The translations under genes were made by a program, and so were the position numbers. The notes under the pieces were generated by a model. The model had not been told where the DNA came from. It did not search any database and saw only the letters and a program-made list of their open reading frames with translations. 64,000 nt of DNA from Schizochytrium sp. TIO01 (taxonomy: Eukaryota; Protista; Bigyra: Labyrinthulomycetes): contig SMSO01000032.1 of the NCBI GenBank assembly GCA_004764695.1, positions 2,232,001 to 2,296,000 of the forward strand, in the 5' to 3' direction. This document shows, in pieces, positions 10,566 through 22,319 of the stretch (the stretch's first letter is position 1; each line of letters opens with the position of its first letter).

Positions 10566-12203
10566 CTAATGAACATAATGTGAGGACGCGGAGGACATTT
10601 CCTCGTTTTCCACCTCGCGTAGTATTTGTCGGAAACGTTTCATGAAGCTTGTCAAAGCATAGATAAAAAACAACACAAAGACAAAGCCTAAACTGAAAGT
10701 AAGGCCATAATTTTGTGGTAAGACATCAGCAAGCTTTATTTTTCCGTCAAAAATATCAGTAAGATTTGTCGCAGAGGCTCCAACAGCAGTCCAAGCAGCT
10801 GCAAAAGGTCCAGAACTTAGAAGTGATGCGACCCAAATTTTAAAAATGTCAATATCAAGCGACGCAAGGCCATAATTTTTTATAATCATTGGCAAATACG
10901 CGCAACGGATCATGACGATGACTGGAAAACCTTCCATCTTCACAGCTTTTTCAAGAGTGCGAAGAATCGGAAAGCGCTTGAGGAGACGGCGCTGTACTAG
11001 GTCGCGCAAGAAAAAGCGAGTCAAAAGAAGGCTCATCACGGTACCTAGGTTCTTTCCAATAATCGAAACAAAGACACCTTTACGAAAGCCAAAGAGATAG
11101 CCTGGAACCATTTCCAAAATACTACAGGGGAGAAGAGCAGCCACCCAGACAGACAGAAATAGAATGTAATAAACTGGACCCCAAAACTCCCCTTGCTCTC
11201 GAATCCATGCCACTGCAGCTTGCATTGTTTCACTCAAACTCGGAAGGGCATTTCGAAATTGATGCAGAGCTATCCCAATACAAAGTAGGAAGCAAATACC
11301 CAAAATTGTCGTCAAGCTGAGACCTCCAAATAATGTTGTTCCCTGTGCAGCGACAACTGCATTGTCGTTACTGGCTGTGCTCTTTACAGTTCCATTCTTT
11401 TGTTGCTCCTGCAGCAACCTGCTGACTGATTCATTTGGGATCGCAGTCGGAGCTAGCTCCTCGTTCTTAAACTGATTCATCTTTTCATTAACCCGGGCAC
11501 GTACATTCCGCAAAACGTAGATCGCTGCACCAATGATAACGCAGAAGCCAGCAACAAGTAAACCGAGGCTCGTATTATCCTCTGGGAGAAGTTCGCGTAA
11601 GGAACGCTCTCCCTTAAGGATGCTTTGCAAATCTCGTGCTTCTGCACCAAGCGTGGCCCAGAGTAGGCTGAATGGGACACCTGCTAGAAAGGCCGATGTC
11701 ATGAAAGGGGTCAATCCAACTTCGAGTACGCCTAGACCGTAATTTTTGAAGATCATTGGTACGTACGAGAATCGCACCACCACGAGTACTGGAAGACCCT
11801 CCTCCTTGACTGCCCTTCCGATTGCTTGAATTGAAGGGTAATGGTCGAAGAACCATCGTTTGAGTGGTTCTTTTAAAAATGTATGGCAAATCGTGAAGCT
11901 GAACAAAGCACCTAGGAGCTTGCCACAAAGTGACACCACAAATCCCATTTTGAAGCCATACAAAAAACCTGGAACAATCTCGACCACAGAGCAAGGAAGT
12001 AGGCAAGTGATCCAAAGAGCTAGAAAGATTGCATAGTATACTGGTCCCATTTGGCCTTGTGCCTGTATGAAATCAATCGCATCTTCTACAATATCCTGTA
12101 TGCCAAGACTTCCACTCTTAGATTCGACATATTTGGAAAAGCCCCAGGATGCTGCGGCCACGGCGCAGGCCGCTGCAATGACTTGTGCAACTGGTTTACT
12201 CAT
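10566..12203 (-). CDS. TVP38/TMEM64-family (VTT/DedA) membrane protein with two tandem VTT domains
   Basis: Two copies of GPVYY...W...LLPCS..E..PG.L.GF..G..VS..GK..G and R..Y.PM..KNYGL. First ATG at 12203. Confidence 0.9.
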   Translation of the reverse strand: MSKPVAQVIAAACAVAAASWGFSKYVESKSGSLGIQDIVEDAIDFIQAQGQMGPVYYAIFLALWITCLLPCSVVEIVPGFLYGFKMGFVVSLCGKLLGALFSFTICHTFLKEPLKRWFFDHYPSIQAIGRAVKEEGLPVLVVVRFSYVPMIFKNYGLGVLEVGLTPFMTSAFLAGVPFSLLWATLGAEARDLQSILKGERSLRELLPEDNTSLGLLVAGFCVIIGAAIYVLRNVRARVNEKMNQFKNEELAPTAIPNESVSRLLQEQQKNGTVKSTASNDNAVVAAQGTTLFGGLSLTTILGICFLLCIGIALHQFRNALPSLSETMQAAVAWIREQGEFWGPVYYILFLSVWVAALLPCSILEMVPGYLFGFRKGVFVSIIGKNLGTVMSLLLTRFFLRDLVQRRLLKRFPILRTLEKAVKMEGFPVIVMIRCAYLPMIIKNYGLASLDIDIFKIWVASLLSSGPFAAAWTAVGASATNLTDIFDGKIKLADVLPQNYGLTFSLGFVFVLFFIYALTSFMKRFRQILREVENEEMSSASSHYVH

Positions 12204-13485
12204 CCTTCTTTTCAGCAATCCAAAGCTACACCAAAAAAACCTATTCTCCAAAGATATTAGATTAAATTTACCACTGGATCGCTCTTGGACAAGCCTTCAG
12301 ACTCCCTGGTGTACAGTACGCAGCTTGCTGTCTTCACAGGCAGCAAGATGGCTTGCGCCAGAAAGCAAGACTGCAGGCTGTGGTGCTCAAAAACCTTCTC
12401 GTAGTCACCAAAAAGATTCACTAGGCTGCCTTGACGCGACAAAATCGCCCAGGCGCCAATCTGGCTTTGCTCCAAGACCGTGAGGCGCGGTTAGCTGGAG
12501 TGAATTGGCTGTTTGCGTTGTCAATTTCAACTTCTTTTCTACCCGTATTTCTTTCTTTCATTTTACTTTATATTCATGCTACCATACTATCCATTACTCT
12601 AGAACAGGATAGTATTATAATTCTTTTTGAAACAAACTTTTAAATTAAGAAAGGAGCAGATTCAATCGTTCGAAGGAAAAGGTAATATATGGCATATCGA
12701 ATGGAACAAAGCACTTATGCATGTAAAGGAAACAACAAGAGTCAGGAATAAAACTTATAGATGAAACCAGAATTAATTAGAAGACTGTTACACATTCTAG
12801 TTGAATTTTAAAAAGAATAAATAAGGGTTTTAAAGGGGCCGTAGTTTTTTGCTCAAGGAACTGTTCCAAAGGAGAGTTTTCCTTAAAACTTAGTATCTAC
12901 CTACCCAACAACTATCACACCTCCATGGGGGGAGGTATTGCTCTCGAATTGGATCAGTTGTTGAGCAGTGCAGTGTGGATCAAACTTGACATACCAATAT
13001 TCCTGTATGAAGGTACCTATTTGCATTTGCCTTGAGGCTCTATCGCTGACTCATCGGATTGGCAATAGAGTCGCTTGTTTTCTCCACACCTGGGACACAT
13101 CTTTCACTCGTCAGCGATCAGGTGTTTCCATTTTTACCTTTATGAGGATAGTAAACTTGAATTTATTCTATTGCGTTATGCCTATTTCCGAGGGAATTTT
13201 TTTGTTCAAGCTCGAACTTAACGGCAAGATGCAAGGCAACAGGAACTTGTGGACAAGTAGGTCAAGAAAAATACAATCGTTTTGTCTTTGATACATCATG
13301 CAACTAGCAACAGGCCCAAAATCAACAACAAAAGAGAAGAAGATGCAGAAATGTAAACGAAATAGCTTGAAGTTGAGAATGTGTAAAAGTAAGGGTCGTA
13401 GAAAAGTCGGTATTGATATAGAGGGCCATGGCTATGGCTATTGCCTCTTTTGTGTTGGTGAAGTTTCGCAGTGTTAGGAACAGGC

Positions 13486-14588
13486 TTACTGGACGTCCAT
13501 GGCGGCAGACTTGGCCTTGTCCAGCTTGCTCTGCGCCTTCTCCACGACGTTGGTAGTCTGGCGCTGCTTGGAGGCAGCAGGGGCAACGAGGTCGATGTTT
13601 TGCACAATTTCCTTGCGAGCACGAGTCTTCTCGAGCTGCTTGACGTCGCGCATACGGCGTCTGTAGAAGCGCTCCTCGCGAGCGGTTCTAATCTTCTCGA
13701 CCTTCTTCATGGCCTCGAGTGTCTGCATCATGAGGTCGCGATCGTACTTGACAGGTCTGTTGCGGCGTTTCTCGAAGTCGAAAGTGGAATCCACGGCCAT
13801 TTCCTTGCCGCGCGATTTCCTGTACGACTTGGTCCACTTGATCTTGCGTGGGTTGCGTTTGAGCTTGAAGCTCTTGTGGCACTTAGATCTACAAAACTTA
13901 AACACCTTGCTGTCATTACGGACAAAGGTGATACCGTGACCGGGGTACACCGGTCCTATTTATTCCCAAATGCATCGGCAGCAAATCAGCAGCAGATTTT
14001 TGCCCATCGTAAAGAAGACATATTACCAGAAATAGCCAGAAGCAGCAGAGGCAGCAGAGGCAGCAGAGGCAGCAGAGGCAGCAGAGGCAGCAGAGGCAGC
14101 AAATTAACAAGAAGGCCGTCACCAAAGCAGTATCAAGCAGCCCCATCAACGAACACGAGCAAAACAATTCAGAAAGCAGTTTAAGTTAGTTCTTCGCTCA
14201 ACAGTACATAAGTATATTCGATTTCCGCAATAACCCCATCAAACCTCTGTGGCGTCTTCTTTTGGTCTCTCCCAACTCTAAGGGAAGAACCCCTAATGAA
14301 GATTTGCCTCTAGTTTCCCACACGCTTCAAACCCAACCCCACATGAGCGTGAACCAATCTTTCCCAATCTTCACCGATATCCGCTTGCCCTTTGTGAGCT
14401 CGTGGTGCGAGTTTGCCTCTTCTCCAAGAGAGCTCTCGTCATCCACCCGTCCATCCATCCATTCAGTGTTTCAATCAATCAGTAGATCGCCGCCACCCCT
14501 TCTCTGCCCAAAGCCACAGCAGCACCCTCCTCTCGCCAGGAGACGACGACTTACCGGAACACACGAAGCAGTGATCGATGCGCACCAT
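13486..14588 (-). CDS. RLP24: Ribosome biogenesis protein RLP24/RSL24D1; exon 1 14588-14555, exon 2 13955-13486
   Basis: The spliced product [12 protein letters not shown]|[42 protein letters not shown] is typical of L24e/Rlp24. GTAAGT donor at 14554, TAG acceptor ending at 13956, phase consistent. Confidence 0.95.
13956..14554 (-). other. Spliceosomal GT-AG intron (599 nt) of RLP24
   Basis: G|GTAAGT donor, CTGAT branch-like motif about 30 nt before AATAG|. Splicing restores the [13 protein letters not shown] zinc motif. Confidence 0.9.
14042..14100 (+). repeat. 9-bp tandem repeat (GCAGCAGAG) x about 6.5, intronic
   Basis: Perfect tandem array visible directly. Confidence 0.95.
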
Positions 14589-16452
14589 CTTGCCTGCACT
14601 TCGTCTTCGGCCTCGCCAAGTTCAGGTTCTCCACGCCCTCCAACAATGCATGGCACAACGAGACACACTAAAGAATGCCATACATTTATTTACTAATAGT
14701 AATAAGCAACAAACACAAAGGAGAAAAGAGGAAACAAAGTAAGAAGGAAACAAGAGAGTTAGTTACTTACCCATGTAATATGAATGAGGGCATGAATGAA
14801 GAATGAATGAATGAATGAATGACTAAAACTAATTACGAATGCTCGCTCTCCATGCAGTCTACCACGCAGCGGACGGGTGGAGCAACCCTGCCAGCGCCAG
14901 CGAAAGAATGCTGCAGCCATTCTGTCGGCGATCAGCATCGGCGACGAGTTAGCAGCCGCAAGCCATAAGTGACTCCGCCGAGAGCAAAGGCAAACAAATC
15001 ATCACTCCTCACTCACGGAGCCCTTTCACGGCCACCAGTCAAAGTCATCGGTTCCTACAAAGTGCCTATACGGCCCTAACAGCTGCCTACTGGGTAGAGC
15101 TCCACTGTATGGTGCGGAGAAAGTGGGGTATAGGGTGGAAACTTCACTTGCACGGACCGCATTGTGCACTTGCGGAGGAGCTATAGTCTACTTACCAGGT
15201 TGGTTGGCCTGCTTTTCTGGTTTTCATAGGTTCTCACAGAGGTCTTGCCAAAAGCGGTGTGTCGCTAGCTAGCTCTAGAGTTACAAGTGTCAGGGGTACC
15301 TGCGATGCGCCAAGGACCTTGCCCAGAACCTGCTCGAGCTGTTGAAGAATAGAATGTCTTGGAGAGCTTTTGGAGACGGAGACTGGACGCTTGGTCACAA
15401 GCAGAACATGTAATCCTTTGGCTGCCCCAGGCCGAGACTACGAGTTAGGTCCGACTTTGAAGTGCATTTATTTCGCCAAATGGTTTCTCTTTCTTAAGAA
15501 TTAATCGACTGGCGAAGAAAAGTTCACGTATAGTTCTTGGCAAGGAATCGATGTAATGTCTGTAGGAACTAAGGAGGACTTGAGACTGGCACTAAGTGGG
15601 AGATCTAGTCTTGGAGGCCCGGTATTTTGTGAATAGGAGCTGAAAGAGTCTTCCTAATGGGTTATGCAAATGGCTTCTTTCTTTTAACAACCGGGTCAGC
15701 CACCGCAGACCGGAGGTGCGCTACAAACAAACTTGAAGTGGGGTAAGTCATTTTAAAAAGGGCTAAGAGGATCATAGACCACTTTACTTTTGCAAGACAA
15801 GACATCCATCTTAGATATCTACTACAACACGAGCTAATTCTATAGCCAAGAAACTAAATGAAATTCACCTTGCACCCAGAAACGAACTGATTGCTGAACC
15901 ACATAGCAGCGTAGAAAGTTTGGCTTAAGGCTTGTCATGTGAAGGCTTCTTAAAAAACCAGAGAATTACTTTCATGAAGTAGTCTTAGGTAATTAATATA
16001 TTAAGGAAGGAAACAAATACGAAAAGCACGTAAGCACTGGGCCGTATCTTTAGCACATCTAGCCAGAGAGCGTAAAGAGGATTCCAAATACTTATACTCA
16101 TAAATGTAGTATACCAGTTGACAAGAGTATTGGGACAGCTCTAGCACTGTCATCGGAACAGGATAATGCTCATAAATCTTTTTTTGGTTCGGATGGTTAA
16201 AAGTTAGATGCATTGGGATGTTTGTAGAGTGACAAATTTTATAATAATGTATTCTATATTTGGAACAGTCTTCACGGTGAATCGCCATCTCCATAGAGTA
16301 CTTTCCCTTATGATAATTTGAAGATAAGACAGAAACGGCTCGATGAAGGGACGATGAGAGTAAACCGTAACATCCCTTGCAGCAAGCATAGTGAGCGCTA
16401 CAAAATCATTTTAAGCAAAACAATACTCATACACGAAAGTACTACTGTGACA

Positions 16453-19182
16453 TTAATTAGGGACACAGGGGCAGATACGCTGCGTAGCAGGGTGTACAGC
16501 CGAGCAAGACGAAGTCTCTGAGTAAGAGAGCAGGCATTGTTGATAGGCATTGCTTCTTTCAACCACATACGCCGGCAACTCGAGCCCAATTTGATTTGAA
16601 CAACCAGCTTCACACGGAAGATACTTCTTCATGACAGAGCACTTGTTGAGGAAAGCAAGCTGCTCTGCCACGCAGGTCATACCTTTGTCAGCACACGCTA
16701 CCTCACAATTCTTGCGGGGTTCAGCCACAACTGGAGTCAGGTGATCATCAGGAAAAATCGCTTCATTCTCATGGAGCATAGTCCTAGCATCACGACGCTC
16801 AGCTAAATAAAGCACAGGGCGACCAGGGGTATTTGAGACCCGAATGATGCCATCGTAGTACGCACGAGGTTCTCCAGGCCAAAGACCAAGCTGCGATGCA
16901 AGCTTTGTGTAATGCTCGCGTTGATAGAGGATTAAGTAGCTTTCTGGGAGTTCAGTGGCCCCGCCATCGGTTGCTTTGAAATCAACTCGGCTCAGTCCTA
17001 CGTATTGTGGCAAGGAGATGCGCTGCGCAGCAGTAACATCTACCTGCAGTTGATGACGGTACCTAGGCTCGTACAGGTAGCTCAGGTCTCCATATGGGTT
17101 TTTATCAGGTGATGAAGGCATCGCACTCAAGGCAAATCGTGAAAAGAATTTGCCACCGTCCTTGATATTCGTTCCGGATTTGGAGACATGCTCAACCCGC
17201 GGTACCTCAGGAGCAATACAACCAAGGCTTTCATGCTCTGCAATGCTCCGAATCCAGTGGTCCCAACCATTAGTAGGTGCATTGGGCCATATTGGTTTCA
17301 GCACATCATTCCAGTGTTCCCGACGGATCATCCAACCAAGACCAGGGAAAAAGTTCGTCCTGAATAATCGCTTTTCGTCCCGAACAAGGTTACGGAAACC
17401 ATTATCATGCCAGGCAGAAATGCACCACAGAGAAGGATCACGATCTAGCAAAGGACTGAGGTGGTGAAAATAAGTCAAGAAGTCTGGAGAGGGCACCAAG
17501 TCATCTTCAGTGACGATAAGATGTGTGAAGGAGTTCTTGGACAGACCCATATCAAGTGCAAAGCGGTAATGGTCGCTAATCTTAATCAGAGGCTCCCTGA
17601 CACCAGCCCGAGGAGCAGTGTGCCATACATCTTGCACTAGGCCTCGAAGTTCACTTTCTGCGGCAACTCTACGGAAATCTTCCAAGGACGCAGGGTTATC
17701 GCAAGACACAAAGATCTTAAACTCAGTTCCAGCCTCAGGCAGGCTTGCAAGAGCGAGCAGCGTGCGGCGAAGGTTATCAGGTCTGTTGTGTGAGAGGACC
17801 ACAATAGCAGCTTGTCGTGGAGGGAGTTCACTTGTATCACGGAGAGGAACTGTTGGTGCTTCGGTGACTCGATGAGTGGGCTCTACTGTTGGCCGCTTCG
17901 TGGGTACTGATACTGGTTCTGAAACGTCGACAGTCAATGCGCCCGATAGTGTGTTATCAGATTTATCCATAGGTTCCTGCTGTGACTGCTGCTGTTGCTG
18001 AGATACCTGCACCTCGTTTGGTAAAGTAGATGGATCCTCAATCTGAAAGGTTGAGAATTGGTTCTCAAATTGCTGCATTTCCTCTTTCTGTTGAATCAAC
18101 ATGTCCGCCTCTGTTTTAGCAGTCGGGATCATATCCTTCTTTAAGAAATTACCAAAACTGGTCCCTGAAGGCACGGAGCCTAAAGTCGAAATAGAAGAAG
18201 AGATTGGAGATGAATCTGCTACACCCTCTGAAAAGTCTTGTGAGCCCAGACCCTGACTTTGAAGCTGGGAGCTTTCGCTGGTTGCCACGTCTGATACACC
18301 CATACTGCTCTTCATTGGTGATTTAACTCCTGAACCATTGGATGGTCCCTCTTCGGGCTTGGTGCCTGAGGATGAGGATGATACTGATGAGGAAGATGCT
18401 GGTACGGACTGCACAGGAGCGTCGGCAGTCAAAGGTTTGGTACTAGACTCGACCTCCGTTGCTATCGTAGATTGATCAGATTGTGCGCTGTCTTGTTCAT
18501 CCCTACCCATAATATCTGACAACTTGGTCGCAGTATCCGCCTTTGGACCTTGAGCTGATGCAAATTTTGATGACGTAGATTGCTCTCGCGCAGTGGGCTT
18601 CGTACTCTTGGACGACTGATATGGATCCTTAAACTGAGATGGTGATGAAGATGACGACGATGACGATGATAATGAAGAAGATGATGATAACGAAGATGTT
18701 GATGAGTCTGCATTTGAATGAACAACAGAAGAAGATCCTCGAAGAAGCCCCGATGCATGCTCGTTTCTGGGTTCAAGATTGTTTTCGGGAGCCACCACAG
18801 ATCCTGCAAAAAGCCCTCCACTACCGCCTGGATCTGCACCAGCCATAACTACTCCTCCAGGAGGTGGCAAAATCTTGGGTAAATGCATACCGCTTTTAGA
18901 TTCCTGTGCGGAGTTCTGTGGGATCCCTGCCTCATTTTTTGCCCAAGAGCCAGGGTATGATAAGGTCTGGCCTTGCAACTGATCACCCTGTGCACTCATT
19001 TGATGCTGGAGCTGTGCATGCCCAGGATAAGGCTCAGGTGTGACGTTGGGGTACACTGTGAGCAGCACGAGCATCAAGACAGCCACGCTAACGAAGAAGC
19101 CCCATCGACGCCATTCGTTGGCATGCTGGCGCCGGCGGAGGTGCTCACGGTCAACTAGGCTCAGGTTCTGTGGCGTACGCAT
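16453..19182 (-). CDS. GT13 family (GnT-I/MGAT1-like) N-acetylglucosaminyltransferase, type II membrane protein with long Ser-rich stem and C-terminal MGAT5-like Cys-rich domain
   Basis: N-terminal TM (WGFFVSVAVLMLVLLTVY); KISDHYRFAL, IVTEDDLVPSPDFLTYF, LWCISAWHDNG, RTNFFPGLGWM and WDHWIR are GnT-I motifs. Probable start MRTPQ at 19182 (frame open to 19359). Confidence 0.9.
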   Translation of the reverse strand: MRTPQNLSLVDREHLRRRQHANEWRRWGFFVSVAVLMLVLLTVYPNVTPEPYPGHAQLQHQMSAQGDQLQGQTLSYPGSWAKNEAGIPQNSAQESKSGMHLPKILPPPGGVVMAGADPGGSGGLFAGSVVAPENNLEPRNEHASGLLRGSSSVVHSNADSSTSSLSSSSSLSSSSSSSSSPSQFKDPYQSSKSTKPTAREQSTSSKFASAQGPKADTATKLSDIMGRDEQDSAQSDQSTIATEVESSTKPLTADAPVQSVPASSSSVSSSSSGTKPEEGPSNGSGVKSPMKSSMGVSDVATSESSQLQSQGLGSQDFSEGVADSSPISSSISTLGSVPSGTSFGNFLKKDMIPTAKTEADMLIQQKEEMQQFENQFSTFQIEDPSTLPNEVQVSQQQQQSQQEPMDKSDNTLSGALTVDVSEPVSVPTKRPTVEPTHRVTEAPTVPLRDTSELPPRQAAIVVLSHNRPDNLRRTLLALASLPEAGTEFKIFVSCDNPASLEDFRRVAAESELRGLVQDVWHTAPRAGVREPLIKISDHYRFALDMGLSKNSFTHLIVTEDDLVPSPDFLTYFHHLSPLLDRDPSLWCISAWHDNGFRNLVRDEKRLFRTNFFPGLGWMIRREHWNDVLKPIWPNAPTNGWDHWIRSIAEHESLGCIAPEVPRVEHVSKSGTNIKDGGKFFSRFALSAMPSSPDKNPYGDLSYLYEPRYRHQLQVDVTAAQRISLPQYVGLSRVDFKATDGGATELPESYLILYQREHYTKLASQLGLWPGEPRAYYDGIIRVSNTPGRPVLYLAERRDARTMLHENEAIFPDDHLTPVVAEPRKNCEVACADKGMTCVAEQLAFLNKCSVMKKYLPCEAGCSNQIGLELPAYVVERSNAYQQCLLSYSETSSCSAVHPATQRICPCVPN

Positions 19183-19867
19183 GACGCCAGAGTCTCTGTG
19201 CCCAGTGCACGCAAACTCTGCCTCGACCGCAGTCGGTGCCAGATGGCAGACGCTTGTTTCTTTCCGATGATGATGATTTGGCTGTTTTTCTTTTCCTTTT
19301 TCTCTACCTTTTGTGATATTATTATTAGACATTTTGAAAATCATTGAACAATCGAACACTCATTACTCTATACTACCATCATCTAGCTGCTGCTTTATTT
19401 GGTCTTCTTGAAAGAAGTTAAGGAAATTAATCATCCAGAGTTAAATGAAGTGGAGCAAGTCGATCCTGAACAAAAAGCTCTCCCGATACGACATGGTACT
19501 ACAAGAGCACGCGGAATCATATGGATACTCTCTCTGTCGTTGGGAAGAATATGTGCGAGGCTGTGAAAAACTGTGTTGCATTTTTGTGTGTGTTTTGGCA
19601 TGTGTGGAATCTTTGTGTAACGATGGAAAGAAACATCAGCAACGATGTAAATGATGATATGATGAATAAATTATATAATCACATAATGACCGTGATGAGT
19701 TTTTACTCAAGTAAAAGGTCAGATAGAGTATTGAATAAATAATATGATCAGATGATTGATTCTTTGGCCACGGACGAAGCCAATGCAAGACCCTTCCATC
19801 ACCCCCTTCGATCATTTTTGGGGGCAAGATCGCTATTGTAGATAGAAATCTGCTGACGGTGCCTAGA

Positions 19868-20884
19868 ATGGAAGACAGACTCAAAGATGCGCTATGCGAG
19901 GATGCGGCATTCCACTGGATTCCGCCTGGTGGCGTGGTACCTGTGGAGAGGGAGCTCGACGCCGTAAAATTTTTGAGGGAATATGTGGCACAGAACCGTC
20001 CAGTGATTATTGAAGGACTCGTGGGTGCTTGGTCAGCATCCACGAAGTGGGACCAGACTTACTTGAGCGAAGCTGCAGGAGACTGCAAACTCCATGTTAA
20101 CTTCACGCCACGGGGCCATGGAGATTGCATTCTTGAAGACACATTTGTCAAGCCCCTTGAAATAGAAATGACCATGCACGACTTCTTTGATAAATTGCAG
20201 GCTACACGTGAGATTAATTGTCTCGATGAAGCGGACCGTGTTCGCCAAGGAGTTCCATATCTGTCACATCAGAATGACAACCTGCGTGAGGAGTTGCCTT
20301 TTCTCATGCAGGATGTTCCTCCAACCCTCCCCCTGGCAGAAGCAGCCTTTGGCCCACTTGAGGCTTGTAACTTGTGGATTGGTGATGAGCGGGCGGTTTC
20401 TTCTATGCACTTAGATCACTTTGAAAACTTTTATGCAGTTGTGGAGGGTGAGAAAGTGTTTCACCTTTTGCCACCATGTTTTCACCCCACATTTTTCATG
20501 GGAGAGGCTTCGTTTCCAGCAGCGACGTGGGCCCAATCTCTTGATAATGAAAGTGGCTGGGAAATGAAAATTGACCAACCTGCTGCCAGCGTTCCTTGGA
20601 TTCCTTTTGATCCAGTCACTCAGCCTGATAAATTTGACCAAAGAGTCATCAAATCTATGATTGAATGTCGTGTGCGCAAGGGGCAGCTTCTTTACCTCCC
20701 AGCAATGTGGCTCCACCGTGCAACGCAGGCATGCTTGACAATTTCTGTAAATTATTGGTTCGACATGGCCTTTGATCATCGATGGGTTTATCACAATGCA
20801 ATTGGCGTTGCTGCATCTGGTGAAGCTCAAAAGGGACTTGAAGACGAGTCAGATAGCGCACATAACTCTGGTGACGATGCTTAG
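19868..20884 (+). CDS. JMJD7: JmjC-domain (Cupin_8) 2OG-Fe(II) oxygenase, JMJD7-like
   Basis: FLREYVAQNRPVII, VNFTPRGHGD, YLSHQNDNL, NLWIGDERAVSSMHLDHFENFY (HxD), LYLPAMWLH and ISVNYWFDM motifs. Confidence 0.9.
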   Translation: MEDRLKDALCEDAAFHWIPPGGVVPVERELDAVKFLREYVAQNRPVIIEGLVGAWSASTKWDQTYLSEAAGDCKLHVNFTPRGHGDCILEDTFVKPLEIEMTMHDFFDKLQATREINCLDEADRVRQGVPYLSHQNDNLREELPFLMQDVPPTLPLAEAAFGPLEACNLWIGDERAVSSMHLDHFENFYAVVEGEKVFHLLPPCFHPTFFMGEASFPAATWAQSLDNESGWEMKIDQPAASVPWIPFDPVTQPDKFDQRVIKSMIECRVRKGQLLYLPAMWLHRATQACLTISVNYWFDMAFDHRWVYHNAIGVAASGEAQKGLEDESDSAHNSGDDA

Positions 20885-22319
20885 ACTGCCGATGTTTTTG
20901 ATCTCCCAAAACTTAGTGGGAGCGCATTGAGCAAATAAGTGAGGTTTTTACCTTGAAATATGTTGAGACTCGATGAACCCATGTCGTACAGTCGGAACCT
21001 TACTGCCGCCTCCATTGAAATGACCTTGTGCTTTGAACTCACTCCTGACAAACCATGTGACAAATGCATTGAGAACACACACTGTTAGCAATCTACTAAC
21101 TTCAATGGACTTTGAATCAATTTAATTCTGCTTCTACTTCTTCTTCTTCGTCTTTGCATCTAGTATGAAAAGTTATCTTACTCTTTTCTGTGAAATTACA
21201 TCAAATTTTGTTATGACACAAGTATCTCATGACTCTGGGGAATATGCCTATACAAATGCAAACAAATTATGTGATTCTGGGCATTTATCTGAATTCAATA
21301 CACCAAACCCTAATGTGGAATCTTTTTATTCTATAGACTTCCATACCCAAGAATGAAAAGCGGACAGATAATACATGATTAAAGCACACTAAATATTAGG
21401 ATGAGGACACTTAACTTATGATTCGTGTCCATACACGAGTGAAGTAATTGCTGTGGTTATGCAGCAACACAGCCTTCGCTGCTATGATCTAATTACATCC
21501 TCACGAACCTCATCTTCCTTCTTGGGCTGCTGTGGAAATCTGTAAGAATCTCAAGATATATCTCGCTATGGCTGTGCACTGTTAACTTTAGCGAAAATAG
21601 CCTACAGTATTTTAATGTAAAACGGTACTTGTATATTGGCTATTCTGCTTCGAACTATATGTGATCAATTGTAGCGTGCATTCTACCTTACATAAGAGCA
21701 CAAAGGAACAGAGTGGTTGTTTTGTTTGATGTTTTGTTTGAGATGCTACACTTCAGATTGCGCTCGACTCTAAATATATCGGCAATAAACTCGTAAAAAG
21801 TTGAACAACCTGTATGCATAAGTTTATATTGCAAAGTAGATTGTACTGTGAAGCGTGCAGAGTTAGCCTGACAAGGATGGCGAACTCAGGAGAAAGAGAA
21901 AAAGGATGAAATTTGAGTTATTGGGGATTCGGGTATGCATACAGGCAGGTTGAAAGTATGGACAGGAGAGCTTCGTTAGGTTAGGTTAGGTGCATAGCTG
22001 TATGTTACTTCCATAGTTTATTCGTTGTACCAGATTGCTTTTAGTGGATAACAAAACAAAATAGATAGTAGTTCAAAACAATTCAATCTGAACAATATGC
22101 AAGCAAGTATGGAACTTTATCGGGAGCTTGACAAACAATATCTCAAATTTTCATCCGCCAAACTGTTGAGATTTCTGCATTCTTTTGTTTTAACCTCGTG
22201 AGTTATCAAGAGTATATATTTGAAACCAGAGTTAAATATGTTCGTTATTTCGACCACCTTTTCCAAGACTCGAATCAGTTCAATACAAAGAAAATTCTAA
22301 TATGTACCACCATTTAAGT

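Noticed and set aside
13471-14184. 237-aa + strand ORF with SRG repeats
   Set aside because: Antisense shadow of RLP24 exon 2 plus the intronic 9-bp repeat.
14160-14460. Intronic box C/D snoRNA in RLP24
   Set aside because: Only degenerate C boxes (TGATGG, GGATGA), no well-placed D box with a terminal stem, and no rRNA antisense element I could identify.
15150-15260. U1 snRNA-like ACTTACC and ATTGTGCACT motifs
   Set aside because: Motif order and stems do not fit U1; CTTACC is more simply a minus-strand GGTAAG donor-like sequence.
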